From positions 1 to 64,000 of the forward strand of contig JAXLNO010005895.1 in the NCBI GenBank assembly GCA_038087875.1: a stretch of DNA of 64,000 nt. The letters are read 5' to 3'. The DNA is from Malacoraja senta. Lineage: Eukaryota. A program made the translations under genes and the position numbers. Shown here piece by piece: positions 11,500 through 24,490 of the stretch; within the stretch, counting starts at the first letter, position 1; each line of letters starts with the position of its first letter. Below the pieces are notes generated by a model. The model searched no databases. It was not told the DNA's origin and worked only from the letters and a program-made list of their open reading frames with translations.

Positions 11500-12060
11500 A
11501 CACAAGAAACTGCAGATGCTGGTTTACAAAGAAAGAACACCGCTGGAGTAACCCAGTGGGTCAGGCAGCATCTGGAGAACGTGGACAGGCAACATTTTGG
11601 CTGACGAGTTTACAAATGGATAGGTTCACAAAAGGCAGTTTGCAAATGATAGGTGAGGGGGTGTTTTGATTAGCAGATGGTTTGACAAAGGCCAGAGATG
11701 AAAAGAGAAAAAGTATGACATAAGGTTAGAAGTGATGCAAGATGTGAAACGGGAAGAAGGAATATGTAGCAGGAGATGGGGGAAGGAGCGAAATAGGTGT
11801 GCTTCCCAGTGAGGCACAGGGAGGGGGGGGGGGGGATGTTAATTACCTAAAATTGGATAATTCAATGTTCATACCATTAGGTTGCAAGCTACCCAAGCTG
11901 AATGAGGCACTGTTTCTCCAGTTTGCAAGTGGCCACACTCTGGCAATGGAGGTGGCCCAGAACAGAAAGGTCAGTATGGTATAGGGAAGTTAAAATGATT
12001 AGCAAATGGGAGATCCAGCAGGCCTTGGCAGACCAAGCACTAGTGTTTGGCAAAATGGTA
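11500..12060 (-). mobile_element. Penelope-like element 3' fragment (end of GIY-YIG + pLTR)
   Basis: Antisense of the GIY-YIG C-terminus (ATGGAGGTGGCCCAGAACAGAAAGGTCAG) and pLTR tail. Confidence 0.7.
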
Positions 12061-13523
12061 CTGTGAATGTTTGGCTGCTAACACAATTAATTCCAATTAA
12101 CCAAAATAAATTAAACTTCACTTTAGATAAACACAAAGTGCTGGAGTAACTCAGTGGGACAGGCAGCATCTCTAGCGAAGGAAAGGGTGATGTTTTGGGT
12201 CAAGACTGCTCAACTTTTAACTTTAAATATAAGTGAAAGTGATTTAAATGTGGATGTTTTGCTCCAAGTTTGATGTAGTTCTCACCTATGGATAGGATAT
12301 TTTACCATACCAGTTTGCACTTTTAATAGTTGCTTTCACTGGTGGTTTAGAGGTTACATCATCTACATTATGATAGTCAGCAAATGACAAATGCATGGTC
12401 AAAAATCAAAGGATTGCATGTCAAGACAAAGTTACACGGCTCTAGGAGGAATGTTTGAAACTGTGCTACTGTTCATCCTTTTAACCTTATAGTTACTGTA
12501 ATCTAATTTTTTAATGACTATCAGTGCTATTCCATCCAATAAGCAGAATCGATCTCAAGAGTATGAGGACTTAGCTTTAAGGTGAGGGAGCAAAGTTTAA
12601 AGATGACAAGTCTTTTTACAGAGCGATGGGTGCCTGGAACATTGCCAGGAATAGTGGTAGAGACAGATAAAACAGGCCTTTTGTAGGCACAGTGAGTGGA
12701 GGAACGTGATAGAGGAGATTTGTTTAACTTGGTATCATTTTCGTTATGGACATTGTGGGCTGAAGGGCCTGTTTATTTGTTGTGTTTTCTATGTTCCTCA
12801 TAAGCAAAATAACCTTGGGCAACTCTCCGAGTTGGTACACACCTTATTGGCACTTCAGTAGTATGATTTTTTTTTTCCTGCCAGCCAGTAGTTACACAGA
12901 AGTTTGATCTTTTCCAATATTCAGCATAAGATGCTGAACAGGTTGTTTCTCCACAGTGTAAGAGGAAGGAAGTGGATGGTGACATTCCAGGCAAGATGTA
13001 TCCAGGTCAGAGATTGTTGATTGAGGAACAATGCAACATTTAATTAATAAATCAGAAGGATTAAAGATAGAGCTTGTGTATGGGGAAGTTTTGGATTCTT
13101 GCGGTTTCTGTTATTTGCCTTTGCTGTACTTTTATATTATTGCTTCAATTTGAAACCGAACCTGCACTACAATCAATATGCAAGTAATAGTTGTACAAGT
13201 AATTGTATCAGGTGATACCTGGCCGATAAGTGGTTTTGGACTCTGGCCTTTTTTTGGGGGGGGGGGGGGGCGGGGAGAGCTGACAGAGTGACAGTGAATT
13301 GACAGTGAATGATGAATGCTACTGGGGGCTTTGCTTGAATAGTTGCATGAATTTAAGGTCCAAGTTAGTTGGTAATATGATCTCAGTAGTTGATCTGCAA
13401 GAGCCCCAGTGTAGTTATTCTAAGGAAGAGATGCATATATTTTAATTCCTGATTTGCATTTATTATGTACTTTTGAAAACTCAACTCATGATGCAGTGCA
13501 GACATATTCTCTTTGGGGAGGAG

Positions 13524-13750
13524 TGTGTTGGAAGGAACTGCAGATGCTATCTTACACTGAAGATGGACACAAAATGCTGGAGTAACTCGGCAAGATAGGC
13601 AGCATCTCTGGATAGAAGGATTGGGTGATGTTTCAGGTCTAGACTCTTCTTCAGACATTCAATAGGCTCTAGAACCCAAAACTTCACCCATTTCTTCTCT
13701 CCAGAGACGCTGCCTGTCCTGCTGAGTTACCCCAGCATTTTGTGTCTATC
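13524..13750. mobile_element. Head-to-head inverted pair of Penelope pLTR fragments
   Basis: GACACAAAATGCTGGAGTAACTCGGC...CTTCTTCAG followed by CACCCATT...GCTGAGTTACCCCAGCATTTTGTGTC. Confidence 0.75.
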
Positions 13751-14234
13751 TGTTTAGGGAAATGGGTTCCTTATTGAATAGCCCTCAGAAACCCATTATT
13801 AATTTTTGTATATTGGTATCACCCAATTGGGGCAACTAGAGACTTTGGGATAACACAGGGAGCAAGTAGAAGAGAGAATCTTAGCTGAATTAGGGAAAAA
13901 GTTTGGATCCCAAAAATCAGTCTGCCTTAGTTATTTTAGGACTGACACTCGTGTTTGCCCTCTGAGTGATTATTTATGAATTGAATTCACCCACTTGTTT
14001 ATTTGTTCTTTGAAGCTGTGGTCAAACATAAATATTTCAGCACTTGCCAATTGCAGTGTAAATACAAAAGTAAATAATTTCTCATTAGAGAAGTACTTTA
14101 CAGTGGAAAGCATAACTATAATTTTGCAAACCAAATTAAAAGTTGTTATATTTTAATGCTAACTTAACTGGTAAATTAGTAAAAGTATGATTAGCTGATC
14201 TTTTAGTAAGGATATGGACGCACTGATCTGTTCT

Positions 14235-14325
14235 GTAGTAAATGCCTACTGTGTGCTGAAGCAAAGCAAGAATTTCATTGTCCTATCAGGGACACATGAC
14301 AATAAACTCACTTGAACTTGAACTT
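14235..14325 (+). mobile_element. Rex1/Babar LINE 3' tail
   Basis: Reverse complement of 32447-32540 (GCAAAGCAAGAATTTCATTGTCCTA..AGGGACACATGACAATAAAC + CTTGAA repeats). Confidence 0.7.
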
Positions 14326-14356
14326 AATTCTTTATGCATACTAAGGGTTATACTAA

Positions 14357-15025
14357 TGGGCCTGTCCCACTTAGGCGATTTTTCAGGCGTCTGCCGGCAA
14401 CTGTCAGAGTGGAACACACGCGCACACGCATTGCAAAGGCGGGGGGTGGGGGGAGCGCTGTCTGAAATTCACACGGTGCAAAGCCAAGGTGATACAGACA
14501 CTGCGGTGAACAGGAAGGTTGGTGCTGTAATTAAGACGGCTGAAGCACAGTGTACCGTAAGTCCTTTAAAAGAGGGGGAGGGAGAATGAATGGCGACAGC
14601 TTTTAAGAAGCCAGATATACACGGCTGTGAAGTCCGGTGGACAGTTAACATTACCGGTCGGTTATGCGTGGTTCTGAAAACTACTGTTTGCGGGTTTTTT
14701 CCCCCAATGAGCCAATGGAATTCACCGGTCAGCACCGGCTACAACCTACGAGAACCTAAGAGAACCTTCGACTTCCTGGCAACCCATTAGGACCTCCTTG
14801 CGACCCACCTACGGCACGAGAATTCTCGCTGCTCTCCATGGCGGCTTCATTCTAGTCGCCGCTAATTTTTCAACACGTTAAAAAATTTGCGGCGACAATG
14901 AGGCCCGCGACTAGTACCCAGTATGCAGGAACTTCTCATGACTATGATGGCGACTCTCCGGCAACCTCCCGCAAACATGTGGCGACTGCATAGTCTCCTG
15001 CAGTCGCCTAAGTGGGACAGGCCCA
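14357..15025. mobile_element. MITE, PIF/Harbinger-like
   Basis: Perfect 22-bp TIR TGGGCCTGTCCCACTTAGGCGA; flanks TAA / TTA; CpG-rich non-coding interior. Confidence 0.8.
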
Positions 15026-17184
15026 TTACGGTTTACTGACTAGGGTGGTTGTGGTGGTTGTTTGAACTGTTGCCTGTTGTAAACTTTTTTTGTTTTGGCC
15101 TTATCTGCCATCCACGTCGGTTAAAATTCAATGGCTATGTAAATGAAATGAGAAGCAGCAAAATAGCAATGCCCCTTTTGCTTTCTAGTGGTTAATTTAT
15201 TCTTCATCCACATGCCATTGAATGTGTTTAAAAGCTGTTGTTAAATGGAGGTGAGAATAGATGTTAAGAAACAAATGTGAGATGCAACATATAAAGTGAC
15301 TGTAACACCATCTGCCACATTATCTGACTTTAAAAAAGCTTCCCAAGAGCCTACATGCAGGATCGTGATAGAAATATCTATGAAATAAGGCAAAAAAGGA
15401 ATAAGGCAAGAATAAATTCCTTTTTACTTTTAAATTTACACTGCAGTTGACCGATACTAGAAATCTTGCTTCGCAGATAGTTACAAGGGAGATCTTTTGG
15501 TTATAAAGAACTGATTGAGACTAATCGAGGGTTTAGATTGGAAATGTGAGAAATCCTTTTATGGTTCCCAGTTTAATTTGTGACCTTTAATAATCTGTTA
15601 TCAGTAATAATCTATATACTGTTTAGAAAATGGTAATGGTGAGGGGGATTTAGGCATTCTCAGGCTGATGGAATCTTTGTTTATTTAATCGCCTTTACTC
15701 AGTAGATTGATTTGCTTTATCAGATCTAATTCTCCACTGATAAGTAACTTTGTGGCCCAATATTAAACCTTTTTTTGCAAATTACATTCCACCAACTTGA
15801 ATGTTTCTAAAGAAAATCAAAAAATGAATTGGATCCAAAAGAAAAACACTTGATTTTATTATTTTGGAACTCTGGAAAACAGATGGCAAGGAGGTGTTCT
15901 CTGCAGCTGCTTTTCTATGCAATCCAGACTCAGAACTTTTCACATACAGGGCTGATTTATGAGTCACTCAATATTGGTGTCTCAAAAGTAGTTAGAGCTT
16001 TGTGATTTCTCCTCCCAGTATACTTAATTTTCTGCTGAATTAGCTGATCCTATCCCATGTTATGGTATTGATTTGAAATCTGTATAGCATTACTCAAATA
16101 GAAGTGTCTACAGTGAGAAAACGTTTTGTAGCACAGAAGCATTTCTTGATAGCAGCAATCAAATAGCAATCTGTCTTCAAGTTTCCATTTTCTTAGAATT
16201 TTGAAATGAGCTCTTTACGGCCTTTGCTCAGAGGTATTGACTTCACATTCATTCATGCTTAAGATGACCATTGGCAAACGGGTAGCCCACATGAACACTC
16301 AGTTGAGCATGGTCATCTATTTGCCATTAGATTGTTGGCTATTCATCAGATGTTGGAACCCAGATCAGTTATTTCATTGCAGCACTGGAATCAAAGTTTA
16401 TAATGATCCCTACGTTTAGTCAATATTGTAGAGGTGTTTTGAGTTACATGCTTTTAATATCCTGCCCAGTTCTGTACCTTTTTGAATGGTGATTAATCTA
16501 GAACCTTTATCAGATGAGAAGTAATCAGTAAACTGATGAATGCACGATGAATGGAAACCACATGCTAACAGATTCACAGAGTTTTGTACATTGAAAGTTT
16601 TAAACATATGATTAGGTGCTCTATAAATTCAAGTGTTTTATTTGTTATCCTTAACCCCAGTAATTCCTCTGATTCTAAATGCTTAACCCCCATGGACATT
16701 TGAGTACATCTGTGTATTCCATCACTCTGAAGCTTTATTGGCAATCTAATTACATATTATATAAAATTGTAACCGATATCTAGTAATAGTCGCAACAAAT
16801 ATAGTCTGTAAGTAGGGGAATGGAACAGTCATTGTGATAAATTTGTATATAATTATTAATTATTAATTTTTGGTCTATTGAATACTAGAATCTAAAATAA
16901 ATTAAAACCTTCAGAACGAACATAGCTTTGTCAAATGATATCAGGAATGTGAATGAACAAGGCGAGTACACTGGACCAACTTAAACTGAAGCAGAAGAGG
17001 TTAGATCAGAAAAATCAGTTACCGTTTTTAAGATGATGAGCGCTATTGATGGTAACTGGTCAATTTTTTGTGATTGGAGAGCACTGAAAGAAATAGCAAG
17101 GTTTCAAAAATTGTCTTGGTTGGAACCCTGAGCACAAAGAGCATTGGAAAATATATTGTAGGAATTAGTTGGACGGTTTTGTTG

Positions 17185-17654
17185 TCTATATTACTAAAAA
17201 GTCTGATCTTGACCACTTCCTGTACTGTATATTGATTTTAGAAAAACCGCTGCCACTTGCGGCTGTGATTTTTGGCTATCTTACTCAGAGTCCCCCTCCG
17301 CTGTGCAGGACAAAATAATTTTTCCCATTGATAAAAAATAAAAGTTATTAGTGTTTTTAAAATGTTGATTCTCTCTCCTGAAGGCCACGCCCCTTCCGGA
17401 GGGACTATGAAACCCGGAAGTGATGAGTGCCTCAGTCAGTCTCTGCAAGATGGAGGAAGCGAGAGGGTCATGTCTCTCAGTCTCAGCTGTGAATAACACT
17501 AAACGCATGTCTACTAAACTGAGTGTGGTTTTACGGACCTTGAGTGCCCTTAATGTGGTTTCAAAATGTGGTTGGTTTGAAATAAAGCGCAGCAAATGGT
17601 TGGTGGTGGTTGGTTTGAAATAAAGCACAGCAAATAAAGCACAGCAAATAGGAA
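17185..17654 (+). mobile_element. Non-autonomous Helitron 5' portion
   Basis: Starts TCTATATTACTAAAAAGTCTGATCTTGACCACTTCCTG; homologous over ~190 bp to the 5' end of the minus-strand Helitron at 24964-25826. Confidence 0.65.
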
Positions 17655-18580
17655 ATGCTTCCCTACCATTCCTTGACCTCACTATCGCCATCGCAGGTGA
17701 TAGACTTCTTACCGACATCCACTACAATCCTACCGACTCCCATGGCTATCTGGACTACACTTCTTCCCACCCTGCTTCCTGTAAGGACTCCATCCCCCCC
17801 ACTCCCAATCCCTCCGTCTACGCCGCATCTGCTCCCAGGATGACGCGTTCCACACCAGGGCATCCGAAATGTCCTCATTTTTCAGGGAACGGGGGTTCCC
17901 CTCCTCCACCATAGATGAGGCTCGCACCAGGGTCTCTGCCATACCCTGCAACACTGCTCTCTCTCCCCATCCCCCCCACTCACAACAAGGGCAGAGTCCC
18001 TCTAGTCCTCACCTTTCACCCCACCAGCCGTCACATACAACAAGTGATGCTCCGTCAGTTTCGCCACCTCCAACGTGACCCCACCACTCGCCACATCTTC
18101 CCATCTCCCCGCATATCTGCCTTCCGCAAAGACTGCTCCCTCCGTAACTCCCTTGTCAATTCTTCCCTTCCCTCCCGTACCACCCCCTCCCCGGGTACTT
18201 TCCCTTGCAACCGCAAGAGATGCAACACTTGTCCCTTCACCTCCCCCCTCGACTCCATTCAACGACCTAAGCAGTCGTTCCAGGTGCGACAGAGGTTCAC
18301 CTGCATCTCCTACAACCTCATCTATTGCATCCGCTGCTCTAGATGCCAGCTGATCTACATCGGTGAGACCAAGCGGAGGCTTGGCGATCGTTTCACCGAA
18401 CACCTCCGGTCGGTCCGCAATAACCAACCTGACCTCCCGGTGGCTCAGCACTTCAACTCCCCCTCCCATTCCGTATCTGACCTCTCTGTCCTGGGTCTCC
18501 TCCATGGCCACAGCGAGCAACACCGGAAATTGGAGGAAATGCACCTCATATTCCGCTTGGGCAGTCTACATCCTGGGGGC
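17655..18580 (+). mobile_element. Penelope-like retroelement fragment (RT C-terminus/thumb, Cys linker, GIY-YIG endonuclease; Neptune-like)
   Basis: LPFLDLTI...DSHGYLDYTSSHP; ORF 17915-18604 contains CNRKRCNTC, NLIYCIRCSRC..IYIGETKRRLGDRFTEH, VAQHFN; frameshifts upstream. Confidence 0.9.
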
Positions 18581-18600
18581 GAGTTCTCTAGCCTTTTTAT

Positions 18601-18770
18601 ATAGATAGATGGATGGATAGATGGATGGATGGATGGATGGATGGATAGATACCAAAACTAAACCCAATGCCTCGTTTATTATCTATATATTAGTGTATAT
18701 ATATGTGTGTGTGTGTGCGCACACCCACACACACACACACACCCACACTCACTCACTCACTCACACACTC
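18601..18770. repeat. Microsatellites (GATA/GATG)n and (TG)n/(CA)n/(CACT)n
   Basis: Directly visible. Confidence 0.9.
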
Positions 18771-21301
18771 TGATGTGCATGGGAGTGTCCCAAGATGTGA
18801 ATGGTTTCAATCTGTAGGAAGTCAAAGGTATGACACTTGCTGTCTTTCCCTTGCCTTCTATAAACAAAAGTGATTGTGAACATGTCAGAACATTTTTCTT
18901 GTTTTGAAGATGGGGAACTTTACCTAAAGTTCACATGAATGCTAAACCTGGAGCACTCAACATAGAATTGTGACTAATTTCCCTCTACTGCTTGTCCTGG
19001 CAACAATAATTGTTAAACTTTCACTGCAGCTCTGGTGAGACCAGTTAATCAAATGTAGGTCAATTGTGAAATCTGTCTTGACCAGATTGTCTGTTTCACT
19101 TCCCACAGTGAAATACAGATTGAGTCATATCATTGTAATTGTAAAGCAAATGTGTCACTTACATGTTCTTCTATTTTGGTGTTAACAGCAGTCCTAAAAA
19201 AATGGATATAAAATAATTTGAATCTCATTTGAACTTAAAGTTAGTTCAACCAATTTTAGGCAAAAATGTGAGACACTATTTAGACGTTTAGCTTCTTTGG
19301 TCAAAACAGTTGTCTGGAATCTATTTCCATAAATGGTGACTGTCTTGAGTTTGGATTTTTGTAAGTGTGAAGAAATTTATGTGTGAAGTGGGACACAGCA
19401 CTTTTCAAAGGCAAGTTGCCATATGCAGAAAATTCCTTAGCTGAAAATAATCCTTTACTAAAACAAGCTGTTCTTCTAGTAGAGACTTGCACCGATGTTG
19501 CTTCCAGACTTTTGTGTCTGCACTTTCTACAACCAAGTAAAGAAAAAGTGGTAACAGATTGGTCTTTGGGAAAAGATTGCATTTTGAGAGGATCTTTTTA
19601 AAAGCCAGAATTCTAGAAATTGAAAAAACATTTTTAATGCAATATTGTTATAATTTAGTTGCTAACCTACTTCCAGATACATGTGATCAGTGATTTACAA
19701 TATATGTTTTAACCTATAAGCAAGCATGATGCAAATTGAACTTGAGTATGTTTCCAATTTTCACAGAAATCTCCTTGCCTTATTTGACAATCTCTCTGAT
19801 TTTTTACTTTGTTCTTTGACGTTATGTAACTCTGCAGTATGGAGCTGGGGCAGTTTAAAATGGGTTGAATGCTGTTTTCATATTTACTGCTTGAACTCGA
19901 AGCTGGTGTCTTGCTCCATAGTATGATGCTCTTGCACAGGTCTTGGTAATTGGACAATTTTGTAGTTTAAAACCATTTTTTACTGTACATGATACTGCTG
20001 CAGCAGAACAGATCTGCTTGTCTATAGTTTAAGAAGGAACTGCAGATGCTGGAAAAATCAAAGGTAGATAATGCTGGAGATACTCAGCGGGTGAGGCAGC
20101 ATCTATGGAGCGAAGGAATAGGTGACGTGTCGAGACCATTCTTCAGTCTAGTTGTCTGATGCAAACGTATTCCAAATGCATGTTGTGATGGAGTTTGCAG
20201 TTCAAAATCTGCAGGTTTTTGTACTCTGCCTGCTTAGTTTGAGAGTTAGTTGTGCATGACCCTTGATGTAAAGTAGCTAATTAATGCCAACTAGAATAAT
20301 CATTTTGTACAACGTTGCCTCAAATAAAATATTAGCCAGAAATCCAATTATTTCCTGATATACCAACCAAGGTTCAAGTAAAAATGTTCAGTCTTTGATT
20401 CTTCACACTCCAATGTCAGGAATAACTTGAATTAATATCTGTATGATTCAGTATTTAATATACAGTTGCTTAAGAAATTTTGTACATTTTTTTCCTGTGT
20501 TTTTTTACTCGCACTGAAGAATAATTTGTGCGCTTCTCAATTGCTTAAACAAAGCAAATAATGTTCTATTGTTGAGGACCGTATCAGAACAAATAATTTC
20601 CCCTTGCAATCAGTTTTAAATATCCTGACCCGAAATGTCACCTATCTATATTCTCCAGAGATGTTGCCTGGCTGGCTGAGTTACTCCAGCACTTTACGTC
20701 CTTTTGTGTAACCCAGAATCTGTAGTTCCTTGTTTCTATAACAAATTGTGATGACACTTTAAATGTTTTGTCCCTTATTGTCTTAAAATTAATTTACATG
20801 ATTGGAAAAATGCATTGTTCTTCCTGTGTAATTTTAGAAGGCATGGTCCAACAACATTTTAATGAAAAAAAATCTGAGACTCGTGTTCTGTGGGCAGCAT
20901 TGTATACATGCAGAGGCATGGTTCTTTTCACACCAACAGCTCCATAATATTTATCCACCAAGTGAACCTGTTTAGTGACTATTCAGCTGACTATTTTACA
21001 CCAAAGAATGTCATAGTTTGATTTTCAGCATTTAGTAACTGCAGGAAGAGGGCACTGGCTTATTGGGTCAATGCATCTGATCATACTGCTGCTTCTTGTA
21101 CACATCGCTAGGAACCAGAGTAGGAAAACTATATTGTCTTGACCTGAAACGTCACCATCCCTTCTCTCCAGAGATGCTGCATGTCCCGATGAGTTACTCC
21201 AGTGTTTTGTGTCTATCTTTGGTATATAATCAACATCTGCAATTTCTTCCCACATATATTGTTCTGTATCTGAACCAAAGAGAACAAAGTTGCTATTGTG
21301 A

Positions 21302-22160
21302 GGCAGCATCCATGGAGCGAAGGAAATAGGCAATGTTTCGGGTCAAGGTCCTTCTTCTGACTGATGTGGGGGTGGGGAGGGGGGGGGGGGCGGAAGAAGA
21401 TGAAGAAAGGAAGAGGTCGAGACAGTTTGCTGAGGTAGAGCTGAGAAGGGGAGGAAAAAAGTAGGGGCTACCTGAAATTAGAGAAGGCAATGTTCATACC
21501 GCTGGGGTGCAAACTGCCCAAGCGAAATATGAGGTGCTGCTCCTCCAATGTACGGTGGTCCTCACTCTGGCTATGGAGGAGGCCCAGGACAGAAAGGTCA
21601 GATTCAGAATGGAAGGGGGAGTTGAAGTGCTGAGCGACCGGGATATCAGGTTGGTTATTGCGAACCGAGCGGAGGTGTTGGACGAAGAGATCGCCAGACC
21701 AAGCGTAGACTTGGCGATCGCTTCGTCCAACACCTCCGCTCGGTTCACAATAACCAATCTGATCTCCCGGTGGCTCAGCACTTCAACTCCCCCTCCCATT
21801 CCGAATCCGACCTTTCTGTCCTGTGCCTCCTCCATGGCCAGAGTGAGGACCACCGTAAATTGGAGGAGCAGCACCTCATTTTTTTTGCTTGGGCAGTTTG
21901 CACCCCAGCGGTATGAACATTGACTTCTCTAATTTCAGGTAGTCCCTACTTTCTCCTCCCCTTCTCAGCTCTCCCTCAGCTCCACCTCTTCCTTTCTTCT
22001 TCCCGCCCCCCCCCCCCCCCCACCTTCACATCAGTCCGAAGAAGGGTCTCGACCCGAAACAATGCCTATTTCCTTCGCTCCATAGATGCTGCCTCACCTG
22101 CTGAGTTTCTTCAGCATTTTTGTCTACCTTTGATTTTCCAGCATCTGTAGTTCCTTCTTA
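21302..22160. mobile_element. Penelope insertion with inverted (palindromic) duplication and 19-bp TSD
   Basis: Left arm 21302-21696 is the reverse complement of the arm starting 21712 (GIY-YIG 3' part + pLTR); TSD AACAAAGTTGC(T/A)ATTGTGA at 21283-21301 and 22161-22179. Confidence 0.9.
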
Positions 22161-22435
22161 AACAAAGTTGCAATTGTGACTTATTTGGTTTGTTATCTCA
22201 GTTATACAAGGAAGTATGTTTTATCCCATGTGCTATTGGGGAATTGCTTTTTGTTCATTAAACCAAAAGTTGAAGCAGGTCTAGTTGGTTGAAAATCCAA
22301 ACCACAATAGTTGTAAATTTATGCCTAATTTTTGCATAACCCATAACATGAAAAATTAAGTGAATTTTAATAAAATGTTGTTACAAATTATATGCTAAAA
22401 ATGGAATTTCACATTAATGTGTAATTTTCTTTCAG

Positions 22436-22507
22436 GGACTTGAGTCATAATCGAATTACTTCTATCAATGGCAGCTTGTTTAACCATCTGCACAACTTAC
22501 AGGAAGT
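22436..22507 (+). CDS. LRIG3: LRIG3 exon 2 (LRR)
   Basis: ttcag|G; DLSHNRITSINGSLFNHLHNLQEV; |gtaagt; 72 nt. Confidence 0.95.
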
Positions 22508-22590
22508 GTAAGTCGCATTGTATTTGTACACTGTAGAATTAACTACTGGTGTCTATTATCAATTTCTGACTTTACCTTTTTGACTTTCAG

Positions 22591-22665
22591 AAAAATAACT
22601 CGCAATGAACTAACCACAATCCCAAGCTTTGGAATTATAGCTGCAAACATTACCCTTCTTTCACT
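22591..22665 (+). CDS. LRIG3: LRIG3 exon 3 (LRR)
   Basis: tttcag|A; KITRNELTTIPSFGIIAANITLLSL; |gtaagt; 75 nt. Confidence 0.95.
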
Positions 22666-23667
22666 GTAAGTGATACCCTTTACTTTTTTATTACTTGGGG
22701 CTTGGTAGCTTTTTGAAATGCTATCTAGCAAGGCTATGTACATTCTGTCATAATCACATTCATCTTTTATGGTGGTGTTCATGCATACTGAACAATTCAG
22801 AAAAACTGTATTAGAATATTATTCCTAGCATTGTAGGGAGGGAGATGATTTTATGGAAATTGGCTTGATTGTAGGTTAAATTCATAATCTAAACAATGAA
22901 CCTGCGCAGGCCTAGTGATGTTGATGATGCCACTCTTTGATTGGAGTGTTTGGTTGTGTTACCAGCCTCGATTAATGTTATTCAGCTCCGACAATCCTGT
23001 GCATTGGTAAAAGCAGTTCCTCGGTATTCTGTTGTTTTTTTTACCAAAAGGAAAAATATATGGTGTCAGTCTGAGTCTGGATGAAGGGTCTCAACCCAAA
23101 ATATCGACTGCATTTTCCTCCATGATGTTGCTTGACATGCTGAGTTCCTCCAGCTGCTCTCCTTTATTCTGCTATGCATTCCAGCAAGTGCAGTTTTATT
23201 TGCTTCCATCTCGCCAATTGTCTATTTCTGTGTGGAGGGAAGTTGCCAGTGCAGAATGCTCGCTGCATGTGCATTTATCAAAAGTATTATGCTTCAAAAG
23301 CAATGATTGAAGTGCATTACAATGCAGCTGTTTTTTTAAGTTACCTTTGCAAAGCGTTGGGTTTCATACAATCTCTTATTTGCATTGGTTATGCATTGAG
23401 ATTGATGGGTCTTGAACATTGCTAATTGCACATTGCCAATGCAAGGAAAAGTATAAACATCAGGATATTGCTTGAATTGGATTCGCAGGCAAACCTAAAT
23501 GTGTCCATTTAGTGGCTTTTAAATTACAGGATTTTTGTGTGTACTATGTGCTGTGGCCAATGATGCGTATCACTAAAGCTAGTCTGGCTAGGCCACTGTG
23601 CTTGAATGTTGTCTTTGATTATTCTCTGGAACTGGCAGAGGTTCCAAGTTGGAATTTATTCACAGCA

Positions 23668-23925
23668 AAGGACAGGTGTTGCATCTCCTGAGGTTGCAAA
23701 GCAAAGTACCTGGGGAGGGGTGGATTGAGTGGGAAGGGACAAGTGAACTAAGGAGTTGCAGAATGAGGGTTCTCTGTGGAAGGCATAAAGGGACTGGAAT
23801 TTGAAGATATGACTGGTGGTGGGATCACATTGGACGTGATCGAAATGTCAGAGACTGGGTTCGATGCGGAGACTGGTGGGGTGAAACCACATTTACGAAA
23901 GAAAATGGATGTCGCACATGTCCTA
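23668..23925 (-). mobile_element. Degraded Penelope linker fragment
   Basis: Reverse-complement similarity to part of 17655-18580 (GTGTTGCATCTC..GAGGTTGCA..G.AAAGTACC.GGGGAGGGG). Confidence 0.6.
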
Positions 23926-23989
23926 GAATAAAAAATGTAATATGCATGCGATTTTTGAATTAATTTGTTAAATATAGAAGTTGGGAAGT

Positions 23990-24490
23990 AACTCTATAAA
24001 ACCTGGTCAGACCTTGGCTGAAGTCACCATACTAAAGGAAGGGTATGGATGGTGCTGGAGGGAGTGTAGAGGAGATTCACCAGGACATTGACTGGAATAG
24101 AGCAATGCAGTTATAAAGAAAGGCTTGAGAAGATAGGCTTGTTGAGTGGAAGTGGTTAAGAGTTGTACAAGAATAAGGAGGCAAAAATAGGATATATTCC
24201 AGGAAACTATCCCCATACCCGAGAGGGATAAAACTAGAGGACATAGGTTCAGAATAAGAGGAAGAGATTTAGGAGATAGCATATCAGTCTGGGTGAAGGT
24301 AATGATGTGCCCGAGAGACTGGTTGAAGCTGGGTCACTGATATCATTTAAGTGTCTTGATGAGCACATATCTCTTGGGCAAAGAAAACTATGGACCAAGT
24401 GCTGGACAATGGGATTAATATTGAAGTTAATGTTGGTTAACTTGGATGAGTTAAATCCAAATAGCCTGTTGCCATGTTGTAGGATTCTGT
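23990..24490 (+). mobile_element. Degraded CR1 LINE 3' fragment
   Basis: GGAGATTCACCAGGA, AAAACTAGAGGACATAGGTT and CR1-like 3' tail. Confidence 0.6.
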
